Source: Squalus acanthias (lineage: Eukaryota). From it: a DNA stretch of 64,000 nucleotides. Of the stretch, positions 48,860 to 60,923 are shown piece after piece. The DNA lies in the NCBI GenBank assembly GCA_030390025.1, contig CM059432.1, forward strand, positions 149,794,001 through 149,858,000. Reading direction: 5' to 3'. Each line of letters opens with the position of its first letter. Within the stretch, counting starts at the first letter, position 1. The notes under the pieces are model-generated. The model ran no database searches, was not told where the DNA came from, and saw only the letters and a program-made list of their open reading frames with translations. A program made the translations under genes and the position numbers.

Positions 48860-49380
48860 TCTGGCCATGATGAGCCCATCCCTGGCCTCCCGGGCAGCAA
48901 TGTGCTCGGGTGCTGGTGGGAGCTGGACTGCTGGTTCCTCCTGCTCCTCCTCTGAAGAGGCTGTGCGCTCAGAGCCTTGCTCCTCATGCAGCACTAATCC
49001 TCGCTGCTACACTATGTTGTGTAGGGCGCAGCAGACCACGACGATTCTGGAGACCCTGGCTGGTGCCTACTGAAGGGCTCCTCCAGATCTGTCAAGGCAT
49101 CTGAAGCACATTTTCAGCATGCCTATTGTCTGCTCTATGACTCGTCTAGTGGAGATGTGGCTTTCATTATATCTCTCCTCGGCCTCTGTACTTGGCCTCC
49201 TCAAGGATGTCATGAACCACGTCTTCAATGGATAGCCCTAGTCTCCAAGCAGCCAGATGGCAAGTCTGTTTGGAGGAGCGAAGAGCTGAGGGAGGGTGGA
49301 CTGGTGAAGGTCGAAGGAGTCATGGCAGCTGCCAGGAATTTGGCGCACACATGCATGATGATCTTCCTATGGTTGCAGAC
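48860..49380 (-). pseudogene. Harbinger transposase C-terminal half
   Basis: FPGSCHD-like, [42 protein letters not shown]. Confidence 0.85.
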
Positions 49381-49980
49381 GGGCTTCAGGACAGCTGCAG
49401 GAGGCGTGCATTGGGCAGCCGGCCACTTCGGGGGTGATGATTGAAGGCGACGTGGCCGAGGTAAGTAAAAAAATAAACCTTACCTTTCCTGTTCCGCTTC
49501 TTTTGGTGAGCTCCTGCCCGCGATCGATCAGCCCGGCACTCTGCCTTGGTGGTCCAGGTCGGTACTTGTTAAATTGCAGAGCCTGCAGCGATGGCCCTTC
49601 CCTTTAAGGGGGGGAAGGGGCCTTTGAACGCGGCAGTGCTGCCCGGCCCAGTGTGCAGCGCTGCTGAAGTCTCCGCCCCGCTCTCCGACGTTAGCGCCCG
49701 AAGAAGGAAGTGGAGGGCTTGATTTAGCGCTCTACTTCCCTCTGGGGGGGCGCCAAAACTTAATTTCGCGGTCGCCAGAGCTAATTAGCGCCCAGGCGAT
49801 GTTAGCGCCCCAAAATGGTCGACACCTAATTTTTCCCCCTTATGGGCTTAAAGTTTCTGGGCCCTCTTCCTGCGCAGGATTGCTCCATCCTGTTATGTGC
49901 CACGTGGTCCATCAAGTGTCAAAGCAAGGACTGATTTACCAAATCTGCACACGTGAAGCTCATGCACAAGAAGCATGTAT

Positions 49981-50336
49981 CAGAAAACTCTCTTTTAACC
50001 GACACCTAAATATCCGGAAATCTCTCTTAACCGGCAAAATTCAGGAGTAGGTTCAGGTAAGTTTTACTATATATTAGTGGCCGTGTAACCGGGGTTCCTG
50101 CACCTGTGGCCGTGCACCAGGGACTCCTGGATCTGTGGCCATGTAACCGGGGCTCCTGCACCTGTGGCCGTGCACCAGGGACTCCTGGATCTGTGGCCAT
50201 GTAACCGGGGCTCCTGCACCTGTGGCCGTGTATGGGGCTCTCGTACCTTGGTAAGTATACCTCTCTGTAATCCGGACTTTTTGATCAACCGGCACCACGC
50301 CGGTCCCGTTGGTGCCGGTTAATAAAGAGTTTCCTG
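49981..50336. mobile_element. pogo/Tigger-like MITE with internal minisatellite
   Basis: ~26-bp imperfect TIRs cagaaaactctcttttaaccgacacc / ggtgccggttaataaagagtttcctg; TAT on both flanks. Confidence 0.72.
50077..50232. repeat. 29-bp monomers alternating as a 58-bp dimer (~5 monomers)
   Basis: gtggccrtgtaaccggggytcctgcacct alternates with gtggccgtgcaccagggactcctggatct. Confidence 0.9.
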
Positions 50337-50529
50337 TATCAGGAAATTATTGGCTGTTCTCTTCATGGTTTTCCATATGGATGGAAAATCATGGGGAGGG
50401 TATCCCTGATTTCCTGATATTTGTTTCAAATGGGCAAAGTTCTGCTCGTCGAGCACACATTCAGAACATGAGCCCTGTCGCGTTGAGATGCTGAAAGTTT
50501 GAAAATACGGTGACACCTATGGGTCCACC

Positions 50530-51272
50530 CAAGTAGCTCAAAGACTGAGGGAGCAGCGGACTGGCACAGAATGAAAGCATCATGACTGCTGCCAGGATAC
50601 CGAGCATTCACCATCATGATGTGCTGAGCATGGTCGCACACCAACTGCACATTCAGCCAGTGGTAACCCTTGCAGTTGTGGTGCATCTCAGCATTTAGAT
50701 ACGGTGCACGCAAAGCCACGTGCGTGCAGTCGATGGCGCCCTGCACCATCGGGAAGTCCATTATCCTGGAAAAGCCATGTCCACACTCCGCCTGCTTGTC
50801 TCTGGTCAGAGAGAAGACAATGAAGTCCCCTCTCCTGGCATAAAGAGCGTCTGTCATCTCTCTTGTGCAGCAGTGGACGGCGAACTGTGAGATGTTACAG
50901 CTGTCGCCTGCTCCAGCCTGGAAGGAGCCCGATGTGAAGAAATTCAGAGCCACGGTCACCTTCACAGCCACTGGCAGCGCTGTCCTTGTCCTGGAGTGAG
51001 GCTGCAGGTCTGGTTGCAAGAGGTGGCAGAGTTCTGTGAGCACCTCCTTCGTAAACCGCAGACGCCTCACACACTGCTCCTGGCTCAGGTTGAGATAAGA
51101 GAATTGCTCTCGGAAGACCCGAGGTGGGTAAGACCTCCTGCTGAGAGCCCTTCTCCCCCTCCTCCTCCCTCTGTGAGCAGCTTGTCCTCTTCTTCGCTGC
51201 CTCTGCTCCATCTCCCTGTCGTGCTGCAGGCCAAGGGGGATGACAACTAGAGCCCCCAACGACCGGGAGCAA
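50530..51272 (-). pseudogene. Harbinger transposase, N-terminal two-thirds (open but truncated)
   Basis: ORF 50426..51415 has [40 protein letters not shown], then loses homology; element terminus gaatttccaggcc at 52552. Confidence 0.9.
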
Positions 51273-51334
51273 GTGGTCTGAGCAGAACCCTTGATGCCAG
51301 AAGCAAGGCCTTCTCCACTTGCAGCACCACTAAT

Positions 51335-52114
51335 TGTAAGAAATTGTGAATTGGAAGAAAATGTGAATTGTAAAAGAAGTAATGGTTTTATAAAAGAAAT
51401 GGGTTTGCCGAGCACAGCAGCCAGGATAAGCTGATGAAACAGAGGAAACCAATTATGTCAGATAAAGAGTTGTACAAAGAGCTGAGGTCATTTACAAGGG
51501 CATAACGCAGAAACAGGCCTTCGTGTAGGTATAGCTAGGCCTGATAAGAGGTCGAGTAAGGATCTTATGATAAACAAACTGTCTAGGAGAAAGTGCAAGA
51601 TGTCCAAACAGGAGATAAGCAGAAGAATGACCTCATGGGGTCAGGCGGGGTTTGCCGTAGGTACCTATTCCTCTGTAATTGGACAAGTGAATGGGTAAAA
51701 GTGATTAAACAAATGATTGACGCGAGGTATCCACCGTCCCCCCGAAATAAGGTATATAAACGGACAGCTGAGAGGGAAAAACAGGCAGAGAGGGGAAGAG
51801 CTTCCCCGAGTTGGATCCACGCTAGCTTCGGTTTAACATCTCCGCCAGCTTCGGTAGACGATCAAAGAGGAAGAGACCGCTGCCGCAGGCTGCAGGGATC
51901 CGAGACCACCGTTCGGCCTCAACCTCCGTCCGTTTGCCCGTCCGTCCGTTCCGGGGCCAGTAAACCGTTCTCATCTGTTAGGGGTTTATGTCTACTATGT
52001 CTATCCTGCATGTTGTATTTGATTATATTTGAACTGCCGCTCCTCAATACAACGACCTCTGACGCCTAAGACACTTTGGGTAATCTGTGGGCGACCTGTG
52101 ATCCAAACCGTACA
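51335..52114 (+). mobile_element. LTR-like insertion in the Harbinger 5' region
   Basis: TGTA..TACA ends; TATATAAA 51753-51760; AGTAAA 51959-51964; absent from the related Harbinger at 27850-28304. No TSD found. Confidence 0.6.
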
Positions 52115-53247
52115 CCTGTCACCTCACCAGCTTTAAAGAGCTCCAGAAAGCTCCTACAGTTCCATAAACTTACACAGAGCCAGCAGAAATCAAAAAGCAA
52201 GCTACCTGAGTGGTTGATGATCCCTTTGAAAAAGCGCTGCTGGGGGGGTCCTTCCTGCTGCTGAACGCACGTTCAGCTGTGCGCGGTTAACACTGGGCGT
52301 TAGTTCCAGCGATAACGACGAAAATGGCAACGCTGGCATCAAATCAGTGTTGCACTCTGATTAACGTCACATCTGCCTACTCACCATACGTCCAGCGCAC
52401 GCTCCTAACGGGCGCCCTACCACCCTCACCAAGATGGCGTCCGGCGCGGCCCGCACCAGAAGTGCGCGCGCGCTGCTCAAATGCCATTTTCGACCCAAAA
52501 CGGCACCCGTAGTGAAAAAACAACAGGCGCCAAGCATCTGAATTTCCAGGCCAATTATTGCACAGATACCTGTGTTCATGGCATTTCAGAATATCTGGCT
52601 GAAAATTGAGAATGCAAATTGATATAAAATTTCTGTTGAAGGAAAACTCCAGGCTACAAGCAGCTTTTCTTTGATAAACACAATGCACTTCTGCAGTATC
52701 TAGTTCACGGCACAAATTCATTTATATGATTTATCTACATTGTCTCTTGTTGAGTATTTTCTCCTGACTGAAAACAGCCATTACCAGCACTGGAGAGAAC
52801 ATCAGCAGCTACCTTGTCACTAAATCATGTCACACAGCCCGCAGCAGGCTGTAATTACATGAAGATCTAGACATTTGGGTGTATAAAATTATATTTCTAT
52901 TTTGCTTGACTGCAGGATGGCCATTAACACACAAGAAACTCACTTCCTCTTTAATCACAAGCAAAAACCTGTTTTTAATGAGTTCTCACAACGAAACAAC
53001 ATTGGTTTTCGATAGTTTGTCTTCCGTCAACTTGTGCTGTTGAAACTTAAAAGCTCGTGGCTTACATTCCAACACACGGGTTTTAAACTACACTTGCGAT
53101 CGCACGCAATTTTAAAAATTTTGTTCTTGGGATGTAGGTGATTCTGGCAAAGCCACATTTATTGGCCACCCCTAGTTTCCCTAAGAAGGTGGTGGTGGAC
53201 CTTCTCCGTGAATCACTGCAGTATTAGGAAGGGAATTTATAGTCAAT

Positions 53248-55423
53248 GGGCTAGAAATTCATCTACTTACCGCCACTGCGTAGCGCCATGAAATGGTGAA
53301 AAAATAGCGGCGGCCGCTCTTTCGCCAGCTGGTGACGGGTCCAGCTACGGCTGCCATTTTCCTTCCTTCCTTTGCGCTGCCGGTAACTGGCAGCACGTGG
53401 GGAAAGAAATGGCGGTGTGGTGACCTCAATCGGTGTGCAACGCCGACTTAACGTCACCACTCCGACCTGCGACCTTTAGCGCTGGGTACTACAAACCTGG
53501 CGTGCAAGCATGCTGACAGTGGCGATGTCAGCACCTCTTAAAGGGACACACACATTTTTCAGATAAGTTTGGATTTAAGCTTTGGACTGTTTTTTTTTGA
53601 ATTTATTGAAGTAGTGGCTTGCTGCAATAGATGTTAAAATTTTTTAGTATGTAGGGAGTGCTGCTGGATGCTTGCAAGGCCTCGGATGGTAAAGGAAGGC
53701 CTCTGAGAAGACAGAAAATGCTGAAAATACTCAGCAGGTCAGGCAACATCCGTGGAGAGAGAAACAGAGTTCACGTCTCAGGTTGAGATGCTGCCTGACC
53801 TGCTGAGTTTTTCCAGCATTTTATGCTGTTATTTCAGATTTACAGCATCCGCTCGCAGAGGGAAGAGGAAGACACAGAAGAGGGAGGAAGCAGAAGGAAG
53901 GATGCAACCCAGACAGCCCCTTTCTGGCCGGGATATCCGGATTGAATCATCCGCCTGCGGTACCAGTGATCACAACCCCAATTCCCCTTTCAACATTTGT
54001 CCCACACCTTACCTTCCCTCTGTTACTGACTATCACAACGTACTCTTGGCCACGATGCTGAAATAAAAGACATCACAAAGCAAACCTTCCAATCCAACTT
54101 TATACATCTATCCATCCAATATGACATCAAGAAATCAACTCATCACCCTTATGCATTCCCTTAGTGTGCCTTTGCATATCCTACTGATGTCATGCAGTGC
54201 TACCCCAGTGGCTGCAGCATGGCTGGTGGAAGGCTGCTGACTTTCAGTTGGGGACACTGCAAATGGCCTTGTAGGTCGACCTTGAGGAGCTGGCGGCTGA
54301 GAGTGTCAAATCGAGTGATGGTGTTCCTTCTTCTTCTACTTCTTCTTCTTCTTCACTCTCCTCTACCTCTTCTTGGTCAACCACAGGCTGGGCAGGCTGC
54401 ATTCATTGGGTGTCTGAAATGAGGAAGCCACAAGGGTGGAGTTGTGGTGAAGGGAGGGCGGGAAAGCAAGAGGTGCATGTGAGAAGGAGGATAACGCATG
54501 AGGATACCAGCATCTCGTATTCTTTCAGCCCTGCCAAGAATGGCCAGCACCGTCTCCTCCAAGGGGGTGAGGTGAGGCTAGGAATGGGAGATGTGCCTGG
54601 TGATTGGTACAGATTGTTGGTAGGTGAGTGATTGGGGTGGAGAGGGGGAGTCGTGCATTGAGCAGTGTGTGAGGCTAGTGATTCAGTTGGTAGGAGACGG
54701 CTTTTGAAGATGCATTCACTGACCTTGACCAGTGGTCTGAGTTTATGAAGCTTCTTTGGGCACTGGAGCCAGGTGTGGGGGCGACACTGCTGACAGTGAC
54801 CGCCTCAGGGATGTGGTATCACATCGTTCTTTCTGGAGGGCCTCCTGGCCCCTGTGGGTAGAGGACATCTCTTGCAGTGTTCACCCCCTGCACAAAGCTG
54901 GAGTGCTGTGTGCGAGACCCTGGTGCCCCTTCCCTGGCTTGCTGAGCCATTTGTGTCAGTGCTGAAACACTTTTACCATTTCTTTAGGTGCGGAAGGGAA
55001 TTCAGCTTTAAGAGCTGAAGACTCCCATTTGGGAATTATTTTTAATGTTTATGTTTTTTTTTGAAAGGCAGTAAGGGCTGAAAAATGCATTTTTTCACTT
55101 GATATTATTTTATATCAGTTTTGAATGCATTGCCCCTTTAATTCATAGCCCCCTTAATTACCCACAATGCCTTGCGAACTCCACAGCCTCGCTTCCCCAA
55201 TCTGTAACAAGTAGCAACGCCGAGTGTGGACGGGAACTTCGGGTCAGAGGCCTCCATTAATGCCACCAGAGGGGGTTGCAGGGAACGTTAGCGCTGCGCT
55301 CCACATCACCAACCTCCAGAGCCAGTTTTTCAATGGTAGCGCTGCGGCCATTTGCGGTGGCCGTTAACTCGAGTTGCCGGCGACACCGGTACTTCTGTTG
55401 GCGCGCACAAATTTTGTTTCCCC
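53248..55423. mobile_element. decayed Harbinger element
   Basis: TSD AAT on both sides; left gggctagaaatt; Myb exon-1 remnant on - strand at 54720-54950. Confidence 0.75.
53710..53850. repeat. foldback remnant (36-bp arms), probably a second Penelope-like family
   Basis: Arms 53715-53750 and 53787-53822; related single arm at 36048-36100. Confidence 0.65.
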
Positions 55424-55564
55424 AATATGTCTATCCAATTTTCTTCGAACAATGACTGGGTGGCTTGCTAGGTCACTTCAAAGGATGTTAAGCATCCACC
55501 ACATAGTGTGGGACTGGAGTGACATGTAGGCATGACTTGTTAGGTTCCCTTCCCTGAAGGACAG

Positions 55565-56435
55565 GAAAATTACAAAGAGATATTAATAGATTAAGTGAAT
55601 GGGAAAAACTGTGGCAAATGAATTTCAATGTCGGCAAATGTGAGGTCGTCCACTTTGGACCTAAAAAGGATAAAACAGGTTACTTTCTAAATGGTGAAAA
55701 GCTAAAAACGGTGGAGGCCCAAAGAGACTTGAGGGTCCAGGTACAGAGATGATTAAAATGTCATGGACAGGTACAGAAAACAATCAAAAAGGCTAATGGA
55801 ATGCTGGCCTTTATATCTAGAGGACTAGAATACAAGGGGGTAGAAGTAATGCTGCAGCTAAACAAAACCCTGGTTAGACCACACCTGGAGCACTGTGAGC
55901 AGTTCTGGGCATCACACCTTAGGAAGGATATATTGGCCTTGAAGGGAGTGCAGCGTAGGTTTACCAGAATGATACCCGGACTCCAAGGGTTAAATTACGA
56001 GGAGTGATTACACAAACTAGGGTAGTATTCTCTGAAATTTAGAAGGTTAAGGGGTGATTTGATTGAAGTTTTCAAGATATTAAGGGGAACTGATAGGGTA
56101 GATAGAGAGAAACTATTTCCGCTGGTTGGGGAGTCTAGGACTAGGGGGTATAGCCTAAAAATTAGAGCCTGACCTTTCAGGAGTGAAATTAGGAAACACT
56201 TCTACACACAAAGAGTGGTAGAAGTTTGGAACTCTCTTCCGCAAACGGCAATTGATTTTAGGTTAATTAATAATTTTAAATCTGAGATTGATAGATATTT
56301 GTTAACCAAAGGTAATAATGGATATGGGGCAAAGGCAGGTATATGGAGTTAGGTCACAGATCAGCCATGATCTCATTGAATGGCGGAACAGGCTCGAGGG
56401 GCTCAGTGGCCTCCTCCTGCTTCTCTGTTCCTATG
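55565..56435 (+). mobile_element. CR1 3' fragment with stops
   Basis: LWQMNFNVGKCEVVHFG; ORF 55801..56007; tail. Confidence 0.92.
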
Positions 56436-56568
56436 AGTGTCAACCCAAAAGCTTTTGTGGTTCTTTGTTCTGGTGCCAACCCCAAATGACCAGATTGATT
56501 GAATTCAATTTCACATCTGGCCATGGATGGGATTTGAATTAACTTCTGAGTTGCTCGTCCAGTATCAT

Positions 56569-59025
56569 ACATAGATACATAGATACATAGAAGATAGGAG
56601 CAGGAGTAGGCCATCTGGCCCTTCGAGCCTGCTCCGCCATTTAATGAGATCATGGCTGATCCTCCAATTCAGTATCCCGTCCCCGCCTTCTCTCCGTAAC
56701 CCTTAACCCCTTTTGCCTGTAGAAATATATCTAATTCCCTCTTAAATATATTTAATGAGCTGGCGTACACTGCCCTCTGTGGCAATGAGTTCCACAGGTT
56801 CACCACCCTCTGAGTGAAGAAATTCCCCCTCATTTCTGTCCTAAATGGTTTAGCCCTTATCCTTAAATTATGTCCTCTAGTTCTGTTCTCACCCGCCAAG
56901 GGAAACATTCCTTCTGCATCTAGTCTGTCTAGACCTGTCAGAATTTTATACACTTCTATGAGGTCCCCTCTCAATCTTCTAAACTCCAGTGTGTACATCC
57001 CTAAACTACATAGTCTCTCCTCATAGGTCAATCCCGCCATTGCTGGTATCAGCCTGGTGAATCGCCGCTGCACCCCCTCCATGGCAAGAACATCTTTCCT
57101 CAGATGAGGCGACCAAAACTGTACACAGTACTCGAGGTATGGTCTCACCAGTGCCCTGTACAGCTGCAGCAAGGTATCCCTGTTCCTGTATTCCAACCCT
57201 TTTGCTATGAAGGCCAGCATACCGTTTGCCTTCTTGATCGCCTGTTGCACCTGCATGCTCGCCTTCAGTGACTGGTGTACAAGAACACCCAGGTCTCTCT
57301 GTACTTCCCCCTCTCCCAATTTATTGCCATTTAAATAATAATTTGCCCTCCCGTTCCTGCACCCAAGGTGGATAACTTCGCACTTGTCCACATTATAGTG
57401 CATCTGCCATTTATCCGCCCAATCACCCAGTCTGTCCAAATCGCTCTGGAGCTTCCTGGTCTCCTCCTCTGAGCCCACCCCCCCTCCTAGTTTAGTGTCG
57501 TCTGCAAATTTGGAAATGCTGCATCCGACTCCCTGATCCAGGTCATTAATGTAAATTGTGAACAGCTGGGGACCCAGGACAGATCCCTGTGGTACCCCAC
57601 TTGTTACTGCCTGCCATTCAGAAAATGAGCCGTTTATTCCAACTCTCTGTTTTCTATCTGACAGCCAGTTCTCTATCCACGTCAATACTTTCCCCTTTAT
57701 CCCATGAGCTTCAATTTTCCCTGCTAATCTTTTATGTGGGACCTTATCGAAGGCCTTTTGGAAGTCCAGGTACACCACATCTACTGGCTCTCCCCCATCT
57801 ATTTTACCAGTTACTCCCTCAAAAAATTCCAATAGATTAGTCAAGCACGATTTACCCTTTGTAAATCCATGTTGACTCTGTCCTATCCTGTCCCCATTTG
57901 CTAAGTGCTCCGCTATTTCATCCTTAATGATGGACTCCAGCATTTTGCCCACAACTGATGTAAGGCTTACAGGTCTGTAATTACCTGCTTTTTCCCTACC
58001 CCCCTTTTTGAATAGTGGGGTAACGTTAGCTACCCTCCAATCCATGGGCACTGTTCCCGAGTCTAATGAATTCTGAAAAATCATACTTAGTGCATCCGCT
58101 ATCTCTAGGGCCACCTCCTTCAGCACCCTAGGATGCATGTTATCAGGCCCTGGGGATTTGTCCGCCTTCAATCCCTTTAGCTTCCTTAACACCATATCCT
58201 TAGAGATATTGACTTGCGTCAGTTCCTCCTTTGCAAATGTCCCTATTTTTCCCGATATCCCAGGGAGGTTTTTTGTGTCTTCCTTCGTAAAGACTGACCC
58301 AAAGTATGCATTTAGTTGGTCTGCCATTTCCTTATTTCCCGTTATATATTCCCCCGTATCTGACTGCAATGGGCCAACTTTGGTTTTCACCAGTCTTTTC
58401 CTCTTGATATACTTATAAAAGCTTTTGGAGTTAGTTTTTATATTTTCCGCCAGCTTGCTTTCGTAAGCTATTTTGCCCCTCTTGATTAAGCCCTTTGTCT
58501 TCCTTTGCTCTATCTTAAACTGTTCCCAATCTTCCGCTCTGGCGCTTTTTTTGGCTATTTTATACGCCCTATCTTTGGATTTTATGCTGTCTCTAATTTC
58601 CCCTGTTATCCACGGTTGAGTCACCTTTTTAGATTTCCTTTTATGCCAGATTGGTATAAACAATTTTTGCAATTTTGTCATTCTATCTTTAAATGCTTGC
58701 CATTGTTTATCTACCTCCAGTCCTCCCAGGAACGTTGTCCAATCAGACCTACTCAGTTCCCGTCTAATGGCATCATAATTCCCCTTGTTTAAATTCAGGA
58801 CCTTAGTATCTGAGTCAATTTCTTCGCTCTCCATTTCGAGTGAGAAATCGATCATGTTATGATCGCTCTGACCCAAGGGTCCCCGTACAACAAGATTACT
58901 AATTAGTCCCTTCTCATTGCACAGTACCCAGTCCAATATAGCCTGTTCCCGAGTTGGTTCCTCGACATATTGATCCAGATAACCATCCCTTAAACACTCA
59001 AGGAATTCCTCCTCCTCATTATTTT
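56569..59025 (-). mobile_element. young 5'-truncated CR1 LINE
   Basis: (tatgtatc)n tail; uninterrupted ORF2 frame. Confidence 0.96.
56669..58936 (-). CDS. CR1 ORF2 (end of endonuclease, full RT, C-terminus), 755 aa open; no native start
   Basis: SDHN, KSPGPD, NYRPVSLTS, QHGF, YLDFQKAFDKVPH, GVPQGSVLGP, FADDTK; frame stays open upstream to ~59025. Confidence 0.9.
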   Translation of the reverse strand: MDWVLCNEKGLISNLVVRGPLGQSDHNMIDFSLEMESEEIDSDTKVLNLNKGNYDAIRRELSRSDWTTFLGGLEVDKQWQAFKDRMTKLQKLFIPIWHKRKSKKVTQPWITGEIRDSIKSKDRAYKIAKKSARAEDWEQFKIEQRKTKGLIKRGKIAYESKLAENIKTNSKSFYKYIKRKRLVKTKVGPLQSDTGEYITGNKEMADQLNAYFGSVFTKEDTKNLPGISGKIGTFAKEELTQVNISKDMVLRKLKGLKADKSPGPDNMHPRVLKEVALEIADALSMIFQNSLDSGTVPMDWRVANVTPLFKKGGREKAGNYRPVSLTSVVGKMLESIIKDEIAEHLANGDRIGQSQHGFTKGKSCLTNLLEFFEGVTGKIDGGEPVDVVYLDFQKAFDKVPHKRLAGKIEAHGIKGKVLTWIENWLSDRKQRVGINGSFSEWQAVTSGVPQGSVLGPQLFTIYINDLDQGVGCSISKFADDTKLGGGVGSEEETRKLQSDLDRLGDWADKWQMHYNVDKCEVIHLGCRNGRANYYLNGNKLGEGEVQRDLGVLVHQSLKASMQVQQAIKKANGMLAFIAKGLEYRNRDTLLQLYRALVRPYLEYCVQFWSPHLRKDVLAMEGVQRRFTRLIPAMAGLTYEERLCSLGMYTLEFRRLRGDLIEVYKILTGLDRLDAEGMFPLAGENRTRGHNLRIRAKPFRTEMRGNFFTQRVVNLWNSLPQRAVYASSLNIFKRELDIFLQAKGVKGYGEKAGTGY

Positions 59026-59249
59026 TACCACTAAGCTACCACACCTATCATTAGTTATACATATCGACTGTTGAATGTCAGCACGTTTTATTCCAACTAA
59101 CTTCATAGCAAGTTAATGCTGCTGGTAAGGTAAGCTATTTACTGGAAAGTTAGCTGGAACCCATGCTGGGAATTTCTTCAGGAGCAATCATTTACTTTAA
59201 CTTCAGCAGAAGATTGTCAGAAACCCTGTTTATTCGGGTTACGGTGGAC

Positions 59250-59715
59250 AAAGAAAAGCTTGCATTTATATAGCGCCTTTCACAATCACTGGACGTCTCA
59301 AAGCGCTTTACAGCCAATGAAGTACTTTTGAAGTGGAGTCACTTCAATGTAATGTGGGAAACGCGGCAGCCAATTTGTGCACAGCAAGCTCCCACAAACA
59401 GCAATGTGATAATGGCCAGATCATCTGCTTTTTTTTGGTTATGTTGATTATGGGATAAATATTGGCCCCAGGACACCGGGGATAACTCCCCTGCTCTTCT
59501 TCGAAATAGTGCTGTGGGATCTTTTATGTCCACCTGAGAGAGCAGACGAGGCCTTGGTTTAATGTCTCACCCAAAAGACGGCACCTCCGACAGCGCAGCA
59601 CTCCCTCAGTACTGCACTGGGAGTGTCGGCCTAGATTTTACCTGCTCAAGTCTCTGGAGTGGGGACTTGAACCCACAGAGTCGAGTGTGTGCTACCCACT
59701 GAGCCAAAGCTGGCA
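59250..59715 (-). mobile_element. near full-length Deu-domain SINE
   Basis: A box (tggctcagtgg) ~59695-59705, B box ggttcaagtccc, Deu domain and tail, all on - strand. Confidence 0.87.
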
Positions 59716-60393
59716 CACAGCTGAAACCCCGAGAACACTCTCGGTGTAGGTAAATCTCGTCCATTAACAATGGCAACCTTGCATTAATATGGAGCTTTTA
59801 GTGCAATAAAATACCTTGACATTTTAACACTGTAGTTTCACACTCAACTACAGTTGTGCTGCAAACTCTAACCAGTGAGACACAACCCGGCTTCAGTGCG
59901 CTCAGGGTTGAGATCAGGACATGAGTTAATGCTGGCACATCTGCATTGATGTAACTGCAACCTTACAGTAAAATATTTATGCCAGCAGGACTCAATTTAC
60001 TAATAATCTATTAACCAGACTAGCATCGCTGTGCTGTGCACTTTAAAACTATGTAGTTCATAGAAAATTACCCTGATTATTATACACTCAACAGGAAATA
60101 CTTCAGTAGAAATTAATGGGAGGACAGTTGTAGCTTTTTAACAGTTACGTGCCTAAGTGGTGCAAATTATAGTATTGTAAGGTGTTGAATGAAAACACAT
60201 TGCAAAAATAGCAGGACGAAGCTTACTGCCGATATCCTCAACAACATATTCAATGTCAAACAGTGTTGTACGTTTTATGACTGAAATGTAACACCAAAAG
60301 AAAAAGGTATGGATTGTGACTGATTAACCTGATTCCTTAAACATTATTAAGCACTGGTAGGCCTCCCGTGGCACTGCTCACAGCGGGGGTTGG

Positions 60394-60923
60394 GGGGGAA
60401 TTTTAACCTAAAAAAAAGGGGTGAGTTTGGAACATGGCGATAGTTAAATTATTAAAAATTGGAATCCCGACCTGAACCCGCCTCCAACCCGCCCACTTCC
60501 GGTTTTAAAGGAGGCGGGATGGGGGGCGGGACTGGGGGCGGGCAGCCAACCCGCTGCCAGGAGGCGGGATGTCAATTTAAATATTTTAATGAGGCGGAAA
60601 GCCTCTTTAACCTCCATTTTGTTTTTAACAGTAGCTAGACGGGTTTTACACACCTTCTCCCTCCCCCAGATCCTCCGCAGGCCCCGATCTTCCTTCTCCC
60701 CTCCCCCTCCCCAATCCTCCGGAGGCCGGCGCCAGCCCTCACCCCATCCCTCCCTCCCTCCCTCTCCATCTGGCTGGCTGCGGGTGGAAAACAGAGGCTT
60801 CAGATGCAAATCAGGCCCTGCCATTAAAGTCGGCAGGGCCTGCGGGAAACCCGTTCTCCTGAGTTTCCCGCCCGCATCGGAGCCCTTCGCCCCCAGCCCG
60901 CCTTCCCCACGAAAATCCAGCCC
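60394..60923. mobile_element. Harbinger-type MITE
   Basis: Ends gggggaatttt / aaaatccagccc; GC-rich subterminal repeats. Confidence 0.72.

Larger units (their letters stand above)
46362..49839. mobile_element. Harbinger transposon (Myb gene +, transposase C-terminus -), right end from a MITE-like segment
   Basis: Left ggccggaatttt; convergent genes; transposase breaks at ~49380; right aatttttccccc. Confidence 0.8.
55450..59045 (-). mobile_element. tRNA-derived SINE split into three pieces (55450-55563, 56436-56568, 59026-59045) by two CR1 insertions
   Basis: 56500-56568 plus accactaagctacc at 59026 rejoin into the reverse complement of the SINE head at 29074-29180. Confidence 0.6.

Noticed and set aside
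50426..51415. 329-aa ORF as the host gene HARBI1 or an active transposase
   Set aside because: Lacks the C-terminal catalytic region, starts inside an LTR-like insert, and is one of many decayed paralogues in the window.
56669..58936. RT as retron, DGR, group II intron or telomerase
   Set aside because: Motifs, endonuclease remnant and microsatellite tail are typical of a CR1 non-LTR retrotransposon.
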